64,000 bases of DNA, from NCBI RefSeq assembly GCF_009914755.1, contig NC_060930.1; one strand, given 5' to 3'. This document shows positions 57,228-64,000 of this stretch, one piece after another (the first letter of the stretch is position 1; every line of letters begins with the position of its first letter). The DNA comes from the human T2T-CHM13v2.0 reference genome, Homo sapiens. A model generated the notes under the pieces. It was not told the origin of the DNA. It ran no database searches and saw nothing but the letters and a program-made list of their open reading frames with translations. Position numbers and translations under genes: made by a program.

Positions 57228-57836
57228 CAGAAGAAGAACACAAATGCTTCTTTGAGTAGCTAGCTGACTCAGCCCCAGGAAATATGGGTACCGGGAATAT
57301 AATCCCAAATAGAATTCTTTTGTGACTTAGCATGAGACAAGAGGCAGGAATTAAATCTGAAACAAAGAATATAAGGTATCTTCAGACTTCATCCCTTTGG
57401 TGTGGACAAGTTTTGATGTTAGTGTTGTTGTCTCTCATTTGAGTAGGAAGCCCAGATGTTCCTCCTCCTAAGATGTAGAAGATCTGTATTGGAAATACTA
57501 GTTGTTTTCTTACCATCACCACACTTCCTCAGAGAACTATCCACTCCTCTCTCCTCTTTCTGATAAAGTCTGATGATGTAGACTCCACTGAGTGGTAATG
57601 GGCACCCTGTCTTGCTCCTTCTACTCCTGGTCACAGTTGAATACGACAAGTTTAGACACTAGCCCAAGCTAAGACAATCAGATACTCTGTCCCTGAAATG
57701 AGGAATTAGGATTCAACAATATTTAGTTTGTCTCATTTCAGTGCTTACACTTTCGGGTGAGTTAGAGCTAAAGCTGGCCATCTATATTTCAACTTATGTC
57801 GCAGATACTCAGAAAGTTAATCTGGGGGAGAGGGTA

Positions 57837-58106
57837 GGAGGCCGAGGCAGGTGGATCACCTGAGGTCAGGAGTTTGAGACCAGCCTGGCCAACATGGCGA
57901 AAACTTGTCTCTACTAAAAATACAAAAAAATTAGTGTGGCGTGATGGTGGGCGCCTGTAGTTCCAGCTACTCAGGAGGCTGAGGCGGGAGAATTGCTTGA
58001 ACCTGGGAGGCGGAGGTTGCGGTGAGCTGAGATCGCACCACTGCACTCCGGCATTGGAGACACAGTGAGACTCTGCCACAAACAAACAAACAAACAAGCA
58101 AACAAA
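57837..58106 (+). mobile_element. 5'-truncated Alu (AluS-like)
   Basis: GGAGGCCGAGGCAGGTGGATCACCTGAGG...(CAAA)n tail. Confidence 0.93.
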
Positions 58107-58354
58107 ATCCTATATACAAATGAAAAGGAACAAATTGAGGCTACACAGAGGATTATGTGTCAACCTTAAAATCACAATGTTGAATGACAGAAATAAAACA
58201 CAAAGGAATTAGATACTATTATTCCATTTTAAAAGTTCTAAAATAAACAAAAGTAAATCATATTATTTAGAGATGCACAGACAGAGGATAAAATTGCAAA
58301 GAAAAGCCAGCAACTGATGCCTTAAAATTAGGATAATTGCTACTTCTGGGGTGA

Positions 58355-58723
<369 letters not shown>

Positions 58724-58940
58724 TGACAATGTTCTTTTTCTTGACCTGGTTGATAGTTTGATTAGTGTTCCCTTTAAAATTGGTCATTACACTCTACAGT
58801 TATGAATGGCACATAAATACGCTTACTGTATTCATATTCTATTTTTCAATTTTTTAAAAAGCTCTTGCCATTCCCAAAACAGGGTGCATTTCCCTTGCCT
58901 GGATTCTTTTCTTCATGTAAGCTGTTAAATATCTATTTGG

Positions 58941-59054
58941 AAAGAAAGAAAGGAAGAAGAAAGAGAGAAAGAAAGAAAGAAAGAGAAAGAGAGAGAAAGA
59001 GAGAAAGAAAGAAAGAAAAGAAAGAAAGAAAGGAAAAAGAAAGAAAGAAAGAAA
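58941..59054. repeat. (AAAG)n/(AG)n pure purine tract
   Basis: ~114 nt containing only A and G. Confidence 0.95.
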
Positions 59055-59146
59055 GTTAGTTTACATTTGCCTTTTATTGCTGGGTGTCTCCACTTGGCCT
59101 CTTATGGCCCAATGCAGAAAGAAACATGCTGTAATAACATATTCTT

Positions 59147-59525
59147 TTTGAATTTTAATTTCTTTAGACTTAGGGGGTACAAGTGGTTTTGTTACATGGA
59201 TATATTGTGTAGTGTTGAAAGCTAAGCTTTTAGTGTACCCATCACTGAAATAGTGAGCATTGTATCCAATAGGTTATTTTTCAACACTCAGTGTTCTCCC
59301 ACCTTCCAACTTTTTTGAGTTTCCAATGTCTGTTATTCCACTCCGTATGTCCAGGTGTAGCTATTTTTCAGTTCTCACTTACAAGTGAGAATATACAGTA
59401 TTTGATTTTTTGTTTCTGAGTTGTTTCACTTAGGGTAATGGCCTCCAGGTCCATCCATGTTGCTGCAAAAGGCATGACTTTACTCTTTTTCATGGTTGAG
59501 TAGTATCCCATGGTGTGTGTGTGTG

Positions 59526-59560
<35 letters not shown>

Positions 59561-59610
59561 ATCACATGTATATATCACATTTTCTTTATCTGATCATCCA
59601 TCCAGTAATG
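59147..59610 (-). mobile_element. L1MA-like 3' end
   Basis: GGGGGTACAAGTG..TGTTACATGGATATATTG and CACTTACAAGTGAGAATATACAGTATTTG. Confidence 0.85.
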
Positions 59611-60515
59611 TATTTTAATGATTATTAAGATTACTATTGACCAGGGCTCAAATCTCACTGCATACAATGAATAAATCTCAAAATAACAGTCGTTTGAATA
59701 ATTTAGAAGTTTATTTCTCACAAGAAAGAAGTTCAGAGAGAGGCAATTGAGGGCTGTAGGGTGGTTCCATACATCTGTGAAGGTCATAGGCTCTTTCCAG
59801 CTTTCTGCACCTCTATCTCCGATTTTCAGATGTGATCATCAGACACAGAATTGCAAATGATGCCAAAATAAACTACAAATAAATATGCATTTACCACCAT
59901 TATAATACGTGTTAGTACAAGACCTTCTGTGGGGGATCATAGACAGTGTCCAGATATGTTGTGTTTGAAATATTTATACACAGAGGGAAAGATTTTAACC
60001 TAGGTCGCTAAAGTAATGTGTAGTTAGCATGTCTTGTAGTTTCTCCTTCAGATATCAGATGTTTTTAGTAAGCTTTTGCCAAAGGCTGGATCAGAGGCAG
60101 GCCTGAAATCTCTGAGGAGTGCCTGAAGAGTCTATGTTTTGTGTTGTTGATTAAAGAGAGAGCCATATGCTTTCAATAACAGGTGTGCAGGTGGCAAAGC
60201 CTACATTCTGTTGTGCAAATTTAGTATCCTGACTTGTATACTAGCCCAGATGGGGGCTATCCTATTTGTGCACGGCAGGGTAGGTTTAAGGGGGAACTAA
60301 TGTCTTTCAATCCAGTTTAAAATATCCATTTCAAGAACAGAGAGAAACAGACATAGCAGGGTATCTGTGCAAAGCCAAATTTTACTGAAAAAAAAGAGCT
60401 TTGAATTAATTCAAGCAGTTGAAGAAGAATTTGGTGGAAAACCTTGCCCAAAGGGTGAATGAGAGTTCTGGACTAGAAAAGCACAGGTGAAACAATTTGG
60501 CTGTTTCAACCATAA

Positions 60516-60885
<370 letters not shown>

Positions 60886-61894
60886 TATATTCTGAGATTC
60901 TGAATATGTCAACTTGAGGCTAGAATTTTTCTGTTTTAATTTTGGAGACCATCTATGGTGAATATAGTTTTTGTTCAATTAACGCACATTAGCTAGATAG
61001 CAAATTTCACTCACGCTATAGTTGGATGTGTGGTATAAACTCCATTCTTTTTGTTTTGTTTTGTTTTCTGATTTTTCCCCACACCTCCTCGCATTAATTT
61101 TGGCCTGGTTGGAAAAGGTAGAAGAAACAGGATTTTCTCTCTAGTTTGAAAATCTCTGTGAACTAGGTCTTTCAAGCTTGGCCATTGATAGGCTAAAGGG
61201 AAAGAAAACATTAGGAGACTCTTCTCTCAAGATAATAGCTTGGATTGCTTGGTTTATACTTGGCTGCATAATCCCTTTGAGTGTCAGAAGCTGAATATTA
61301 GTTCAGTATTACTTTTTTAAGTTCTTTTATAATATATTATACTATTTCTTTATGGAGGCAAAGTGAAGGTTTATTTGGTAAGGCAAATGAAGAAATTGCA
61401 TTGAACTTCTATAAAAACATAACCACCCTTTCTGCAAATCTGTCAGAAGGCTACAGTCACCTACATGATTGCAGCAGTTCTGTTGATGTTTGCACAATCT
61501 TGTATGTCTAGGAGACTGTAAGTCTCCCAAGAGCAGCAATCATGTTTGTTGCTTCCCACTGTACACTAAGCTCCTAGGATACTACTTAAAAGACTCAGTA
61601 ACCAACTGTAAATATTTTTGAATGAAAAAATAAACCATGAAAAATCTGGAATCTACACCCAGATGGAACAGATTAATCCAGCAATGACTCATACTCATTT
61701 AAGTCCAAGAAACTTTGTCTTTCATAATGTTAAGAAGAAAGCTGATGTAGACCATTACAAGGAAGAATAGTAAACCAATGAATATTTAATTTGGGGCAGA
61801 TGCATAATGTTCCAGTTTAAATGTGGGGTGGATTGCAATTTGAACTACATCTGAGGAGAAAATTAGGGCAAATAATTTGGCAAAAATTGGAAGC

Positions 61895-62100
61895 CATTAA
61901 TAAAATGATATAGAACTTAATAAACACACACACACATACAACTAGGGAAATCAGAATAAGATCAGTAGATCATATCAGTTTTGCTATCAGTTTTGCCAGT
62001 GTTACCATTGGGGGAAACTGGACAAAGTATACAAGGAATCTCTATACTATTTCTTACAACTGCATGAGAATCTACAATCATCTCAATAAAATTCCAATAA
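61895..62100 (+). mobile_element. L1MC-like 3' end
   Basis: TGTTACCATTGGGGGAAACTGG...TATTTCTTACAACTGCATGAGAATCTACAAT. Confidence 0.8.
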
Positions 62101-62287
62101 AAGCAAAAAACAGATAAATAAATAAATATATTATATATAAAAATATAGACAAAATATAGAGATTCCTTGTATACTTTTCCCAATGTGATGTCCGCAATTT
62201 GATGACCCTGCAGTTTTGATGAGTACCATCACAATTATTATGTGTATATATAGTCACAATTATATATACATAATTATATATATATGG

Positions 62288-63222
62288 AAGAAAATTTCTG
62301 CAAACTATGCAGCTGACAAAGGTCTAATATCCAGCATCTATAAGAAGCAAACACATTTACAAGAAAAAAAGACAACCCCATTAAAAAGTGGGCAAAGGAC
62401 ATGAACAATCACTTTTCAAAAGAAGACGTATATGTGGCCAACAATCATATGAAAAAAAGTTCAGTATCACTGATCATTAGAGAAATGCAAATCAAAAACA
62501 CAATGAGATATCATTTCACACTGGTCAGAATGGCTATTATTAAAAAGTTAAAAAATAACACATGTTGGCAAGGTTGTGGAGAAAAAGGAAAGCTTATATA
62601 CTGTTGTGGGAGTGTAAATTGGTTTAACCATTGTGGAAGACAGTGTGTCAATTCCTCAAAGTCCTAGAGACAGAAATCCCATTTGACCCAGCAATCCCAT
62701 TACTGTGTATATGCTCAAAGGAAGATAAATCATTCTATTATAAGGACACATGCATGTGTCAGTTCATTGCAGCACTATTCACAATAGCAAAGGCATGGAA
62801 TCAATCTAAATATCCATCAATGATAGACTGGATAAAGAAAATGTGGTACCTATACACCATGAAATACTATGCAGCCATAAAAAAGAACAAGATCATGTCC
62901 TTTGCAGGGACATGTATGGAGTTGGAGGCCATTATCCTTAGCAAACTAATGCAAGAACAGAAAACCAAATACCACATGTTCTCACTTATAAGTGGGAGCT
63001 GAATGATGAGAACACATGTTCACATAGAGGGGAACAACACACTGGTGCCTTTTGGAGGGAGGAGGATAGGAGGAAGGAGAGGGTCAGGAAGAATAACTAA
63101 TGGGTACTAGGCTTAATACCTGGGTGATGAAATAATCTGTACAACAAAACCCCATGACACAAGTTTACCTATGTAACAAACCTGCACATGTACCCCTGAA
63201 CTTAAAAGTTTTTTTAAAAAAG
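62288..63222 (+). mobile_element. 5'-truncated L1PA13-16-like LINE
   Basis: ORF2 C-terminal remnants ([12 protein letters not shown]; WIKKMWYLYTMKYYAAIKK), 3'UTR and CCCCTGAACTTAAAA end. Confidence 0.92.
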
Positions 63223-64000
63223 AAAATCTGACACTCCTATTACCCTTGTTGCAGAAGTCACACCAGACGCATCTTCACCTCTTCAGTTACTGTTGGCCCT
63301 GACAATTAAACTTTATGCTTACTCTTGAGGTCTGTATCACACAGTTTTATGAAAGTGTGTTTTTTTCTTTTTAACCTTGCCAATATTTTATTTTTACTTT
63401 TTCTTATTAAAAGTTTTTATTAAAATAAAATATAGGATGGTCTGCTTATCCAAAGAGGACAGTTAAGATGGATTTCAGTTTATTTACAATTTTCGGTTAG
63501 GTCGATTGAGGTTGATATCTTGAAAGCATACTTTAAATCTTTTGATCATCTCTTGTTATATTATTAGCTTTCTTATCTCATAATCCTCCATATGTAGTTT
63601 TATGTGTGATCAGATTCATTCATTTTTAGAATATCATTTTGTTGCAATAAGAATGTTAATTATAACATGAAACATTTTTTGATCTGATTGCATAACAAAA
63701 TCAATGTTTTCATTTGTCCATGTTATGTTTTAAGGTTGCCCTTATGTGTATTTAACTTTTATACATTGTCAGCAATGTTATAGCTGTAATTTTATTTTAT
63801 TTTCTTATTTCATTGTATATATTTATTGCATACATTGTGATGTTCTGATATATGTATACATTTGTGGAATGATTAACTCATAGCTATAATTTTAAATTCT
63901 ACATTTTTACTTAGCATTATACCATGAATATTTTTCCATTTTTATTTCACACATTCATTCATTCATCTTTTATTCACTCAATTAACATTTTAAAGTTATT

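Noticed and set aside
58865-59059. Lys/Glu/Arg-rich ORFs here and at 38365-38571
   Set aside because: Translations of purine-rich simple repeats.

Overview
Human/hominoid non-coding (intergenic or intronic) DNA, mostly interspersed repeats. I found no credible protein-coding exon, RNA gene or CpG island; the listed ORFs derive from Alu, L1, HERV-H, Tigger2 or simple repeats, or look like chance ORFs. The dominant feature is a 5.67-kb internally deleted HERV-H provirus (17564-23228, + strand) with two ~400-bp LTR7-type LTRs, a tRNA-His PBS, a GTCTC target-site duplication and decayed gag/pro/pol/env. It sits at the centre of a ~21-kb nest of insertions (L2 > near full-length old L1M > L1PA, a second L1M, MER4-group LTRs, Tigger2, Alus). 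Most interesting observations: (i) the HERV-H 5' LTR keeps its TATA box and splice donor but has lost its poly(A) hexamer, has a perfect octamer just upstream, and strong non-coding exon candidates lie downstream, suggesting an LTR7-driven lncRNA; (ii) a perfect 33-bp inverted repeat at 17034-17108 whose arms are identical while adjacent tandem copies have decayed; (iii) further locally templated inversions in Tigger2 and at 62 kb; (iv) a twin-primed L1PA and an apparently internally primed, 3'-truncated L1. Repeat subfamily names come from recalled consensus sequences and need RepeatMasker/Dfam confirmation. I could not identify the locus and do not see solid evidence of a wholly new biological system.
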